From: Nitrospirales bacterium
Lineage (GTDB): Bacteria > Nitrospirota > Nitrospiria > Nitrospirales > UBA8639
Assembly (NCBI GenBank): GCA_963422365.1
Contig: OY729426.1
Span: forward strand, 320,001-384,000
DNA length: 64,000 bases
Direction of reading: 5' to 3'
In this document: in pieces, positions 47,160 to 57,215 of the stretch
How the letters are laid out: each line of letters opens with the position of its first letter
Position numbering within the stretch: position 1 is the stretch's first letter
The notes under the pieces: model-generated
Seen by the model: the letters and a program-made list of their open reading frames with translations, nothing else
Database searches by the model: none
Told to the model about the DNA's origin: nothing
Position numbers and translations under genes: made by a program

Positions 47160-48190
47160 GCGTTAGCCGGAGGAGAGGAGTCCTACGGGTCTATCCGGCG
47201 CATGATTTGTTCCACGCAGCCGACGATGACCGGATTGTAGTCCTGCCATTGACGGATCACCGGTGCGTCCGCGGTGCAGCGACATATGCGGATGTCGCCG
47301 AATTCCTTCGCCATCGCGTAACCAGCAATGGAGAGGTTCGGGTCCGCGGACACGATGTGGCTGACCGAGGCCGCAACCGTCTCCATGTCCTTGGCTATGC
47401 CGCACCCGGTCAACGCATCATAAAACGGTTAGTGCGATGCAGATAGTAGTAACCGGGGAGATTAAAATAAGAACGATCGATCTGCCACACCGCGGCGACC
47501 CCAGGCACGCGGGCGAGATAGCGGTAGGCAGCGACGATCGGGGCCTGCTGACGAGCGCAAGCGGCGCGTATTGTAGCCGTATGGCCGCCACGAAGACCGA
47601 GAGGAAAACCGCCAACCAGAGCACTCGGGGAGTATCCGACGTTGGCCGTACTGAAAGCCGCAAGCAAGATGCTGAACAAAGCTTGTGGCCACGAACTCGG
47701 TCATCGGCTTGTGGGCGAACCCTGTCAGCTCGTACCAAAACGCGCCGGTCAGCACCGCCACGCTTGCTGCGGCTTCGCTGAAGTGCCGTCGTGCAAAGCA
47801 ATACATCTCTGCCGGAATCCCCAGGGAGATTAGGCACAGCACCAGCTTGACGGCAGCGACGTACCACAACAGCTGGCCGAGGCCAAAAACCTCGAGCAGC
47901 TTCAATACCCCAGCGATGCCCCGGGTACTAGCCAGGATCGCACGCCGTAGAAATACTCCCAGTAGATGACGCCGCTGCCGAAGACCAGAGGGTGTGCTGG
48001 CTCCAGGTATTGCATGATCTCGTCAGGATGCAGGACGAAGTCACCGGACAAGGCCACGGCGGGTCGCGCAGCGAAAGGACCAGCGGCAAGTATTTCCAGA
48101 GCCGATCGCCGACCGCCTGCGAATGCAGCAAGGCGACGATCTGCTCGTGCAGGCGTTGCCTGCGTGGACTGGATGCTCGGCGTTGTCATC
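47160..48190 (-). pseudogene. Fragmented Alg9/PIG-B-like (GT22) mannosyltransferase
   Basis: HPDEIMQYLEPAH.LVFG.G..YWEY..GVRSWL.PG, FAHKPMTEF, IRLQYAP across frameshifts. Confidence 0.65.
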
Positions 48191-48687
48191 CGCGCCCGCG
48201 CTGGTGCAAACACTGTCGCCCGGACGTACGCTCACGCGACAACGAAACCAACGTTGGGACCGTTGCCCCGCGACGCATCCTTCCTATGTTCTTTCTCTTC
48301 GCCACGTCCGTACAAGCACTATCGCCCTCGCTGGCGCAGGCTCTTGCGCACCTGTTGGAGGTTGGTTCGTGCCACTTCCAAGGTTGGCTCCAGGGACAGG
48401 GCATGCTCGATGCTCCGAATAGCTTTTCCATCACCGACGTCAGTTTCGTGTTCGTTCCGCTCATCCTTCGTGTTGTGGCCAAGCCATCCCCACCAGGCAA
48501 GCACCGCCCGCTTCGACGTCATCGCGGTCCCGCCAGTCGCGAGGTTCCTGTTCACGATCGTCGAATCGATGCATATCCTGTGACAGGGACTGAATCTCGG
48601 TGAATCATCGACCCGGACGTCACGCATCCTGCCATCATCGCCGTTCGAGTGGTACCATGTGCACAACAGATGGATTTCGCACCGCAC

Positions 48688-48803
48688 ACATGCTGTCTTT
48701 TGGGCGGACACTACACTTTTTCTATTTCTACCAAGAAATCTCGCAGCACCACGGTGCGATTCAACACGAGGCATTGGTTGGGGGAATCGGAATCAACGCA
48801 CAA
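48688..48803 (-). repeat. Diverged duplicate of the glnS 3' end and trailer (partner at 49501-49615)
   Basis: Translates LCVDSDSPNQCLVLNRTVVLRDFLVEIEKV* versus Gln[31 protein letters not shown]. Confidence 0.85.
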
Positions 48804-48869
48804 GGACGAGGCCCACGGAAAGTCGGCAGGGCGCCCTGCACATAGGGTGTCCAGCACGTGAAAAGAAAA

Positions 48870-49307
48870 CTACAACTTGATGATCGTGGCCAGAACGCCG
48901 ATCGCGACGACCACGATGGCCCCAAGCCGGATGGTAAGAGTCTTACCCATCAATTCGAGATCATCCTTGGTGGTGAACCGCTTGAGTTCCTCTTTGGTGG
49001 CAAGCAAGTTCATCTCGCTCTGCAGCTGCTTGAAGTCGCTCTGCAGCTGCTTGAAGTCGCTCTGCAACTGCTTGAAGTCGCTCTGCAACTGCTTGAAGTC
49101 GCTCTGCAACTGCTTGAAGTCGCTCTGCAACTGCTTGAAGTCGCTCTGCAACTGCTTGAAGTCATCCTTGGTGGACACCTCGGCCAGCAGGTGGTGAGTG
49201 AGAAAGTCGGCTTGCGCCTGAGCCTGCGCGTCCGCTTGGACCAGCGGAACGCCAACTTCCTGCAGGCGCTTGGAAAACGCCAGGGTATCGAATGCAACTA
49301 TGGACAT
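48870..49307 (-). CDS. DUF1640/CCDC90-like coiled-coil protein with heptad tandem repeat
   Basis: AFDTLAFSKRLQEVGVP..QADA, (DFKQLQS)x7, LTIRLG hydrophobic tail. Confidence 0.8.
   Translation of the reverse strand: MSIVAFDTLAFSKRLQEVGVPLVQADAQAQAQADFLTHHLLAEVSTKDDFKQLQSDFKQLQSDFKQLQSDFKQLQSDFKQLQSDFKQLQSDFKQLQSEMNLLATKEELKRFTTKDDLELMGKTLTIRLGAIVVVAIGVLATIIKL
49015..49161. repeat. 21-bp tandem repeat x7
   Basis: TCGCTCTGCA(G/A)CTGCTTGAAG repeated without spacers. Confidence 0.95.
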
Positions 49308-49524
49308 GGGCACAACCATAGCAGAGCGGAGGCGAATAGACAACCGTCGCGTTTGGAGAGGGAGCCCCCGCAATTCGATCTAACAGAGAGACGATGACAG
49401 AACTCAGAATTTTCTGGAAGCGAGCGGCCTCTGCTCTCCATCCAGACTTCACTCCCCCCTGCGTTTGATATTTGCCGTCCAACCGTTCACACCACACGCA
49501 ACATGCTGTCTTTTGTTGGGGAGA

Positions 49525-51207
49525 CTACCCTTTTTCTATTTTCGACCAGGAATCTCTTAGCGCCACGGTGCGATTCAACACGAGGCGTTGGCTGGTGGAA
49601 TCGGAATCAACACAAAAATAACCTTGCCGTTCAAACTGAAACCGCTGGCCCGTGACAGCTCCCTGTAAAGCCGGTTCAACCCTACAACCGTGTAACCTGA
49701 TAAACGAATGCGGATTCAGAAAGCTACGGTAATCGGCCTTTTCATTGCCGGGATCCGGAACAGAAAACAGATGATCAAAGAGACGCACGTCCGCCTCGAC
49801 CGCGTGGGCCGCCGACACCCAATGGATGGTGCCCTTCACCTTTCGGGTGGATAAACCCGACCCGCTTTTCGTCTTCGGATCATAGGTGCAGTGAAGTTCG
49901 ACGATCTCTCCCGTGTGCTCATCTTTGATCACAGCCACGCATTGAATGATATAGGCGTAGCGCAAACGCACTTCTTGCCCGGGCGCGAGACGAAAGTATT
50001 TTTTCGGAGGATCTTCACGGAAATCGTCTTGCTCAATATAGAGGACCCGTGAAAACGGAACTGTGCGCATTCCCATCGTGGGATCTTCGGGATTGTTCAC
50101 CGCGTGGAGTTCTTCGACCGGCCCTTCCGGATAATTGGTGATGACCACCCGAAGCGGCCGCAGCACGGCCATGACTCGTTGCGCCCGCGCGTTCAAATTT
50201 TCCCTGACAAAGTGCTCCAACAGCTTCACTTCGACCACGCTATCGCGTTTCGCCACGCCGATATGCTCGCAAAAACGCCGGATTGCTTCCGGGGGATACC
50301 CGCGACGGCGCAAGCCCATGAGCGTCGGGAGGCGCGGATCATCCCATCCCAACACATACCCCGCCTCAACGAGTCCTCCTAGCTTCCGTTTACTCAGCAC
50401 CATATGCGTCAGATTCAAACGGGCAAATTCAATTTGTTGCGAATGGCAGGCGACGGCACACTCGGTAAGCACCCAATCATACAAGGGACGATGATCTTCA
50501 AACTCCAAGGTGCAGAGGGAATGCGTAATCCCTTCAAGGGCGTCGGACAACGGATGCGCGAAATCATACGTGGGATAGATGTTCCACGCGGTTCCCGTCC
50601 GGTGATGAGGGGCCCGGCAAATGCGGTAGAGCGTGGGATCGCGCATATTGATATTGGGAGACGCCATGTCGATTTTGGCCCGAAGCACGTGCGACCCTTC
50701 TTCACGTTCACCCGCGCGCATGCTTGAGAACAGTTGAAGATTGTCCTCGACCGATCGCGTGCGATACGGGCTCTCTCTTCCGGGTTCCGTCAAGGTCCCT
50801 CTGTAGGCGCGAATGTCGTCCGCAGTTAAACTATCCACATAGGCTTTTTCGTTCTTAATCAACAGTACCGCGTACTCGTACAACCGCTCAAAATAATCCG
50901 ACGCAAAAAAACACCGATCCTCCCAGTCGAAGCCCAGCCAACGAACGTCCTCCTGAATGGACTCGACGTATTCCACGTTTTCTTTGGTGGGATTGGTGTC
51001 ATCGAACCGTAAATTGCACAAGCCCCCGGAAAATTCTTGGGCAATGCCGAAATTCAAACAAATGGATTTGGCGTGGCCGATATGGAGATACCCATTGGGT
51101 TCCGGCGGGAATCGCGTATGCACGACGCGTCCGGATTTTTGCGTTTCCAGATCATGCGCCACCATTGCTCGAATAAAATCTGAAGATCCCTGAGGAGGTT
51201 GGGACAT
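49525..51207 (-). CDS. glnS: Glutamine--tRNA ligase
   Basis: [37 protein letters not shown]. Confidence 0.96.
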   Translation of the reverse strand: MSQPPQGSSDFIRAMVAHDLETQKSGRVVHTRFPPEPNGYLHIGHAKSICLNFGIAQEFSGGLCNLRFDDTNPTKENVEYVESIQEDVRWLGFDWEDRCFFASDYFERLYEYAVLLIKNEKAYVDSLTADDIRAYRGTLTEPGRESPYRTRSVEDNLQLFSSMRAGEREEGSHVLRAKIDMASPNINMRDPTLYRICRAPHHRTGTAWNIYPTYDFAHPLSDALEGITHSLCTLEFEDHRPLYDWVLTECAVACHSQQIEFARLNLTHMVLSKRKLGGLVEAGYVLGWDDPRLPTLMGLRRRGYPPEAIRRFCEHIGVAKRDSVVEVKLLEHFVRENLNARAQRVMAVLRPLRVVITNYPEGPVEELHAVNNPEDPTMGMRTVPFSRVLYIEQDDFREDPPKKYFRLAPGQEVRLRYAYIIQCVAVIKDEHTGEIVELHCTYDPKTKSGSGLSTRKVKGTIHWVSAAHAVEADVRLFDHLFSVPDPGNEKADYRSFLNPHSFIRLHGCRVEPALQGAVTGQRFQFERQGYFCVDSDSTSQRLVLNRTVALRDSWSKIEKG

Positions 51208-51424
51208 GCGCGAAATCCTTTATGTTTGGACGGCATAACAATGATGCCGCTGCACCTTGTTGCACGATGAAAATTTCGGTCGTCTAACTCCGCTCCCATT
51301 GACTGGATTGTCTTATCTTGTCATTCTTTCCTGTTTGTCGAGAAAAGAAGCAGATCATCAAGTTCTACCATGATCTAAAGAAAGAGGTGGCACGATCACC
51401 TTTGAGTTTTTGGAGTAAACGGCT

Positions 51425-52177
51425 TCATTCTCTCCTTGCGGGTTTTAGGGCTGCAGAATTAAATCGAACCAATGCAGCCCAGTCAATTTTTCCATCATCC
51501 TTACAATATCTATCCGCAAATTCCTTGGTGAATTTGTTGAGCATTTGTGAATAGGATTCTATAAAGGCATCGTTCTTCTCCTTGGCTTTGTGTCCAAGCG
51601 GATCAATGATTTTTGTGAATAGTTCACTGTCACCAGATATGAACTCCCAAAAACATTGGCCACAATACTTGAAATAATCTCCCTTGTCCGGACTGCTGTC
51701 CCTTCCGTAACAACAGCCGTTTACGGCAACGAGGCTCAAGCTTGAATTGCCGGTTCTCAACGTTTTTGCAGCAGTTTTGAAATCTGCCGACATTTTGGCT
51801 ATTTGTGAGCTATTACCCCAATGTGGCCCCGATTTAATTGCCACAATGTATCTTGTTTTGTCGTAATCAAATTCAAGATCAATACCCGCAATGCCAGATT
51901 TACGTCCATGATAAACTTTACCGTTGATGAAAATGGCAAGTCCTTCTAACCAATCACCAAAAATGGTTTCTTCATTCGACGAAATATGCGCGTCAGTCAG
52001 ACCCTTTACAATCCGTTCTGCAGTCAACACGAATTTTGCCTGGAAAAGAGATGGATTTTTTCGTCTGAGTACTTTCGATAACTTTAGTCCCTCAAGGCTC
52101 TGAATGCGTTTGCGATGAAAAATTACGATATTTTCTTCAACGTACCGTAGCACATCTTGCAGGTTTATCTTTTCCAT
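51425..52177 (-). CDS. Type II restriction endonuclease (PmeII/EcoO109I-like)
   Basis: GIDLEF...IVAIKSGPHWGN PD-(D/E)xK-like core, GCCYG, GQCFWEFISG; overlaps the methyltransferase gene. Confidence 0.7.
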   Translation of the reverse strand: MEKINLQDVLRYVEENIVIFHRKRIQSLEGLKLSKVLRRKNPSLFQAKFVLTAERIVKGLTDAHISSNEETIFGDWLEGLAIFINGKVYHGRKSGIAGIDLEFDYDKTRYIVAIKSGPHWGNSSQIAKMSADFKTAAKTLRTGNSSLSLVAVNGCCYGRDSSPDKGDYFKYCGQCFWEFISGDSELFTKIIDPLGHKAKEKNDAFIESYSQMLNKFTKEFADRYCKDDGKIDWAALVRFNSAALKPARRE

Positions 52178-53011
52178 ATTCTGCCTTTGGTTCGAATAGA
52201 TATAATGCAGCAGGCTTCAATTTTTTTCCGACCACGCAGTATGCGGGGACCACGTCGATACCAATTGAGTTGCGTTTCATTCGATTCGCAACAATCAGTG
52301 TTGTTCCTGAACCCATGAGGGGATCAAGGACCGTGTCCCATTCTTTTGTGAACAGCTTGATAAACCATTCCGGCAATGATTCAGGAAACGCTGCGCTGTG
52401 GTTTTTGTTATTACATTCGGTAGCCAGATGTAACACGTTGGTTGGGTAGGTTCTCTCTCTGTCAAGCCAGTTGGAAACGTTTTTGCCAAATCCGCTTCCT
52501 ACCTTTGAGTGGTCACGAGCTTTATCCGTTTCGGAAAGATTTTTCAGCCTCGTATTTGCCCATGCTCCGCCCGGAACCATGACGGCTTCCTGATACATGT
52601 TGAATTGACGATGTTTATTGAATTGCAGCAGGCGTTCCCATGTGTCACGGAAACGATTGGGCCACTTTCCAGGATAACAATTTTTTTATGCCAGATAAAT
52701 TCTTCCGTCCATAACCACCCTTGTTTCCGCATTGCCAAAATCAGTTCAATCACATAAATACTCCGTTCCCTGTTCACGGCTTTTTCTTTGATATTCAGGA
52801 CGAATGTTCTCGTGGCCTTCAGCACGCGGAGCAGCTGTTCTGACATGGGCAAAAACCATGCGACGTATTCCTCAGGATGAATCCCGCCATACGTGTTTTT
52901 TCGCTGATCCGCGTACGGTGGAGACGTCACGATGAGATCGACGGAATTTGCCGGAAGCCGCTGTAGTTGTTCTTTGCTGTCCCCATTGTAGATGTCCGTG
53001 GTTAGTTCCAT
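52137..53011 (-). pseudogene. N4/N6 DNA methyltransferase (beta class), frameshifted at an A7 run (52681-52687)
   Basis: TSPPY in the 5' frame; HSAAFP and DPLMGSGTT in the 3' frame; one extra A restores WHKKNCYPGKWPNRFRD. Confidence 0.85.
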
Positions 53012-53188
53012 GCCACAGCCCGTTTCTCTTGATTTCAGTCTGTTGAGTTTCATCAGTGTCGCTTGATCGGCTCTGTTGGCATGCCACCTGCTTTTCTCAA
53101 TTCCACAAAAGTTAAACCTGCTGGCTGCCACTACTTTGAATGGGTGATTCCAGTCTGCATTCCTTGAAAAGAGAGGGAACACTACAGA

Positions 53189-53262
53189 TGGCTGGGGGAG
53201 AAGGATTCGAACCCTCACTCTCAGAGCCAGAATCTGATGTCCTACCCTTAGACGATCCCCCA
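53189..53262 (-). tRNA. tRNA-Gln(CTG)
   Basis: TGGGGGA...TCAGA-TTCTGGC-TCTGA...GGTTCGAATCC...CCCCCAGCCA, 74 nt. Confidence 0.93.
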
Positions 53263-53311
53263 ACTTCTAAAAAAGCTTAATCAAGCCCTGGCAGGCAGTC
53301 AAGGAACCAGA

Positions 53312-53342
53312 GAGATTCTTTCGCCTGCGGCTCGGAATGACA
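53312..53342. repeat. Half of a palindromic repeat (GAGATTCTTCG...GAATGAC type)
   Basis: gagattctttcgcctgcggctcggaatgaca. Confidence 0.45.
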
Positions 53343-53377
53343 AGCAGGAGGGGGCGATTCAGAGCTTGTCCCGTTCG

Positions 53378-54793
53378 TCATGACGAGGGAATTCTGTGGA
53401 GTGCCTGCTCTATGCGCTGAAGGGTCCGTTCCTTGCCCAGTAATTCCATGACTTCATAAATGCCGGGGCTGAAGGTTCTTCCGGTGAGGGCAATGCGAAG
53501 GGGTTGGGCGAATGTGCCCATCTTCAGACGGTCTTCTTCAAGGATGGTGTCCAACACAGGCTCGAGCGTCTCTTTGGAAAAGGGGGCCACGGTCTTCACT
53601 CGTTCGGCAAATTTGTTGAGGCTGGGGGCAATCGTGGGGGTGAGAAACTTTCCGGCCGCGGCTTCATCCATCGCAACGGGTTCGGTAATATAGGGCAAGG
53701 TCCATTCCACCATTTCGACCAACGTTTTCGCGCGTTCACACAGATAAGGGACCACCGCTTCGATGCCACCCGGGGGTTGAACGAGTCCATCTCGGTCGTA
53801 CCCTTGCTTTTCCAAAAATGGACGTAACAATTCCGCGAGATGCCGAGCCCCACTTTGTTTGATATATTCGGCATTGAGCCATTGCAGCTTTTCCTGGTTG
53901 AACACCGCTGCGGATGATTGCACGGTGTCAAAGGAAAATTTCTCGATCATTTCCTGAATTGAAAAAATCTCCTGGTCGCCATGCGACCACCCCAGCCTGA
54001 CCAGATAATTCACCAGTGCTTCCGGCAGATACCCTATTTCTTGATACGCCAGCACCGACGTGGCTCCATGTCGTTTGGACAGCCTGGATTTGTCCGAACC
54101 CAAAATCATCGGCACATGGGCAAACTTGGGCACCGGATACCCCAACGCTTCAAACAGAGGCACCTGACGAGGCGTGTTATTGACGTGATCGTCACCGCGA
54201 ATCACATGCGTGATCCCCATGAGCGCATCATCAATCACGACAGACAAATTATACGTGGGATAGCCGTTTGATCGAAGAATAATGAGATCGTCCAGCACGG
54301 CATTTTCGAACACGATGGTGCCTTTGATCAGATCCTCGACAACGGTTTGTCCCAGTTGAGGAGACTGAAACCGAAGCACCGCCGGTTCCGTGGGAGCGGT
54401 CAGGCCTCGGTCCCGACATCGTCCATCGTATTTGATGGATTCGCCTTTGGCCTGAGCCTCTTTCCTCCGAGTCTCGAGTGCTTCCGGCGTACACACACAC
54501 CAATACGCTTTACCCTGTTCGAGCAATTCCATGGCTTTTTGTCGGTGCAGATCCAGCCGGTCGCTTTGACGATGGGGCCCTTCATCCCAATCCAGCCCGG
54601 CCCAGCACATGCCCTTGACGATCGCCTCAATGGCTTCATCCGTCGATCGATCTCGATCCGTGTCTTCAATCCGCAAAATAAATTTTCCGCCATGATGTCT
54701 GGCGAACAACCAGTTGAACAAGGCCGTACGAAGACCTCCGATATGGAGAGACCCCGTGGGACTCGGTGCAAAACGAACTCGAACATCATTCAT
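53378..54793 (-). CDS. gltX: Glutamate--tRNA ligase
   Basis: RFAPSPTGSLHIGG, LRIEDTD, RGDDH, LSKRH. Confidence 0.96.
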   Translation of the reverse strand: MNDVRVRFAPSPTGSLHIGGLRTALFNWLFARHHGGKFILRIEDTDRDRSTDEAIEAIVKGMCWAGLDWDEGPHRQSDRLDLHRQKAMELLEQGKAYWCVCTPEALETRRKEAQAKGESIKYDGRCRDRGLTAPTEPAVLRFQSPQLGQTVVEDLIKGTIVFENAVLDDLIILRSNGYPTYNLSVVIDDALMGITHVIRGDDHVNNTPRQVPLFEALGYPVPKFAHVPMILGSDKSRLSKRHGATSVLAYQEIGYLPEALVNYLVRLGWSHGDQEIFSIQEMIEKFSFDTVQSSAAVFNQEKLQWLNAEYIKQSGARHLAELLRPFLEKQGYDRDGLVQPPGGIEAVVPYLCERAKTLVEMVEWTLPYITEPVAMDEAAAGKFLTPTIAPSLNKFAERVKTVAPFSKETLEPVLDTILEEDRLKMGTFAQPLRIALTGRTFSPGIYEVMELLGKERTLQRIEQALHRIPSS

Positions 54794-54909
54794 GCCTCTC
54801 TTCATATCAAAGTGAGCCCTCTCGTTGCCACCTTATTTTTGGCGCCTCTTTGGACAACAGAAGGCATGTTCCTGCCCCAAAACAGGGATGGCGACGCGAC
54901 CATAGCATT

Positions 54910-54965
54910 TGTAGGGCCGGTATCTTATGCCGCCGACAGCAGGCGCCATGAGATGGTGCCACTCC
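54910..54965. repeat. GTAG-type REP doublet
   Basis: TGTAGGGCCGGTATCTTATGCCGCC...GGCGCCATGAGATGGTGCC. Confidence 0.7.
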
Positions 54966-55154
54966 AAAAAAGGGAGACGTGGGTGTCATGAGGCATGTCT
55001 TTCAATGAAAAAACGTCGTTGTCGTTCCACTCGAGAAACGTTGTGAATGATTCAATAACCGATTTCAAACCGCAGCCTTGACCGATCCTACCCTGCATGG
55101 TAGATTCAGTTCTGTTTGGTTGTTGCCTGTCTTGTTTCGAAAACACCGCTGAGT

Positions 55155-55230
55155 GGGGCTGTGGCGCAGTTGGGAGCGCGCGTGAATGGCATTCACGAGG
55201 TCGCCGGTTCAATCCCGGCCAGCTCCACCA
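55155..55230 (+). tRNA. tRNA-Ala(GGC)
   Basis: GGGGCTG acceptor with G3:U70, CGTGA-ATGGCAT-TCACG arm, ends ACCA, 76 nt. Confidence 0.95.
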
Positions 55231-55348
55231 ACGACTCGTAGCGTTTGTCCTCTTCATCAGCCCCCCACCTCGATTTCTCTTATTTTTTCTCTGTCCATGG
55301 TTTTGAGAGCACAGAGCCCGAGCCACCTCTGTATTTCCGGATTGAACG

Positions 55349-57199
55349 ATGATCCATATTGAATCCTTAACCAAACAGTATCCAACGAAAACACTCTTTT
55401 CCGAGGCGTCGGCCCACCTCCGTCCGGAGACTCGGGTCGGCCTCGTCGGCCGAAACGGAACAGGAAAAACCACGTTGCTCCGGATGCTGATTGGTGAGGA
55501 TTCTCCTGATACGGGCTCGATTCGAAAACGGCCTTGGCTCCGCATCGGGTATCTCCCTCAAGAACTCGACGCACCCACGGACCTGACCGTGCTTCAGGCG
55601 GCCCATCGTGAGCAATACCCCGAACATGAAGCCAAACGGATTTTATCGGGGCTTGGGTTTGGAGACAAGGACTGGAATCGAACACTGCAAACCTACTCCG
55701 GAGGCTATCGCATGCGGGTAGCGCTGGGCCACCTTTTGCTTGCCAACCCCGACGTATTGTTACTCGACGAGCCGACGAACCACTTGGACAAACCCACACA
55801 GGCCTGGTTCGAATCCTTTCTGCTTGCCTCGAAAACGACCATGCTCATCATTAGCCACGATACGACATTCCTTGATCGGGTGACCACGCATATCTGGGAA
55901 ATCCGCAATCATGCCATTCAAGAATATCGCGGAAATTACAAGACCTTTCAATCTTTGCGCGCACGACTCGATGTCCAACAAACGACAGCCGCACAGCGCC
56001 AGGCCAAGGAAGTCGCGCGCGTTCAAAAATTTGTGGATCGGTTCCGCTCTAAGGCCACCAAAGCCAAACAAGTACAATCGCGCATCAAGCAGTTGGAAAA
56101 AATCAAACTCATCGAGACCAAGCGGGACCCCAAACGACTTCGCTTCCGGTTTCCGCAACCTGCCAAAAGTGGGATCCAAGTGTTGGAACTGAACAATATC
56201 AGAAAACAATATGGTGAAAACGTTGTCTATGAGAGGCTGCACTTTTTCATTGAATGTGGGCAACGGGTCGCCTTGGTCGGAGAAAACGGCGCGGGGAAAA
56301 GCACCTTATTGAAAATGTTAGCCGGTGTCTTACCCTTTGAGGCCGGCACGCGACGTGAGGGGCACGGAGTGACGCTGCATTATTTTGCCCAACACCAGGC
56401 CGAGATCCTGAAACCCGAACATTCGATTCTGGAATCATTGACCGAAGCCTCTCCTCAAGCCGAGACCAATTTTTTGCGTCGTACCGCCGGGGTCTTTCTT
56501 TTTTCCGGACAAGATCAGAAAAAGCCGCTCAAAGCCCTGAGCGGTGGGGAGCGAAACCGAGTCGCCCTAGCTCGCATGCTCGTGGAACCGGCAAACACTC
56601 TCCTGTTGGACGAGCCCACCAATCACTTGGACCCTGCCTCCGTGGACGTCCTCACCGATGCGCTCCTCGACTTTCAAGGCACGATCGCGTTCATCTCCCA
56701 TGATCCGATTTTTTTAAGTCGAGTCGCGACTCGGGTTGTGGAGATCGAAGAAGGCCGAGCCAAAGATTACCGGGGAGACTATGAATATTATTTATGGAAA
56801 CGCGCACAAGAACTCGAAGCCTTGAAAGCGCAAGCAGAAGCTCAAGCCCCTGCTGCCCCCAAGGAGAAAAAGCGAAAAACCCGCCAGAGCATCCCTCTCC
56901 CGACAGAGACACCACCGGCATCGAGCACACCCTCTCGCCGCGATATGACCAAAACGATTCATCGGGTAGAAAAACAGGTGGCACGGTCGGAAGAGGAAAT
57001 TGCAGCCCTAGAGGATCGGATCAAAGCCCGAGCCGAAGCACTCGCCGCTCCGGAGCTCTACCAGGATTTTCCTCAGTGGAACGAGTTGCATCACGAGCAT
57101 GAACGCTGGAAACAAGAACTGGAAATGCTGACGAGCCGTTGGTCAGCCCTTTCCACCGAACTCGCGGACCTCAAACACCAACTGACACGGGTCGGCTAA
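55349..57199 (+). CDS. ABC-F family ATPase
   Basis: Two NBDs (GRNGTGKT, GENGAGKS; LLDEPTNHLD x2), no TM segments, coiled-coil tail. Confidence 0.92.
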   Translation: MIHIESLTKQYPTKTLFSEASAHLRPETRVGLVGRNGTGKTTLLRMLIGEDSPDTGSIRKRPWLRIGYLPQELDAPTDLTVLQAAHREQYPEHEAKRILSGLGFGDKDWNRTLQTYSGGYRMRVALGHLLLANPDVLLLDEPTNHLDKPTQAWFESFLLASKTTMLIISHDTTFLDRVTTHIWEIRNHAIQEYRGNYKTFQSLRARLDVQQTTAAQRQAKEVARVQKFVDRFRSKATKAKQVQSRIKQLEKIKLIETKRDPKRLRFRFPQPAKSGIQVLELNNIRKQYGENVVYERLHFFIECGQRVALVGENGAGKSTLLKMLAGVLPFEAGTRREGHGVTLHYFAQHQAEILKPEHSILESLTEASPQAETNFLRRTAGVFLFSGQDQKKPLKALSGGERNRVALARMLVEPANTLLLDEPTNHLDPASVDVLTDALLDFQGTIAFISHDPIFLSRVATRVVEIEEGRAKDYRGDYEYYLWKRAQELEALKAQAEAQAPAAPKEKKRKTRQSIPLPTETPPASSTPSRRDMTKTIHRVEKQVARSEEEIAALEDRIKARAEALAAPELYQDFPQWNELHHEHERWKQELEMLTSRWSALSTELADLKHQLTRVG

Positions 57200-57215
57200 T
57201 GACTCGCCCTGCGAG

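Noticed and set aside
49015..49161. Possible CRISPR array
   Set aside because: The units are contiguous with no spacers, lie in frame inside a CDS, and there are no cas genes.
51290..51312. Possible duplicated tRNA 3' end (att site) for the type II R-M islet
   Set aside because: The similarity to the tRNA-Gln 3' end is too weak.
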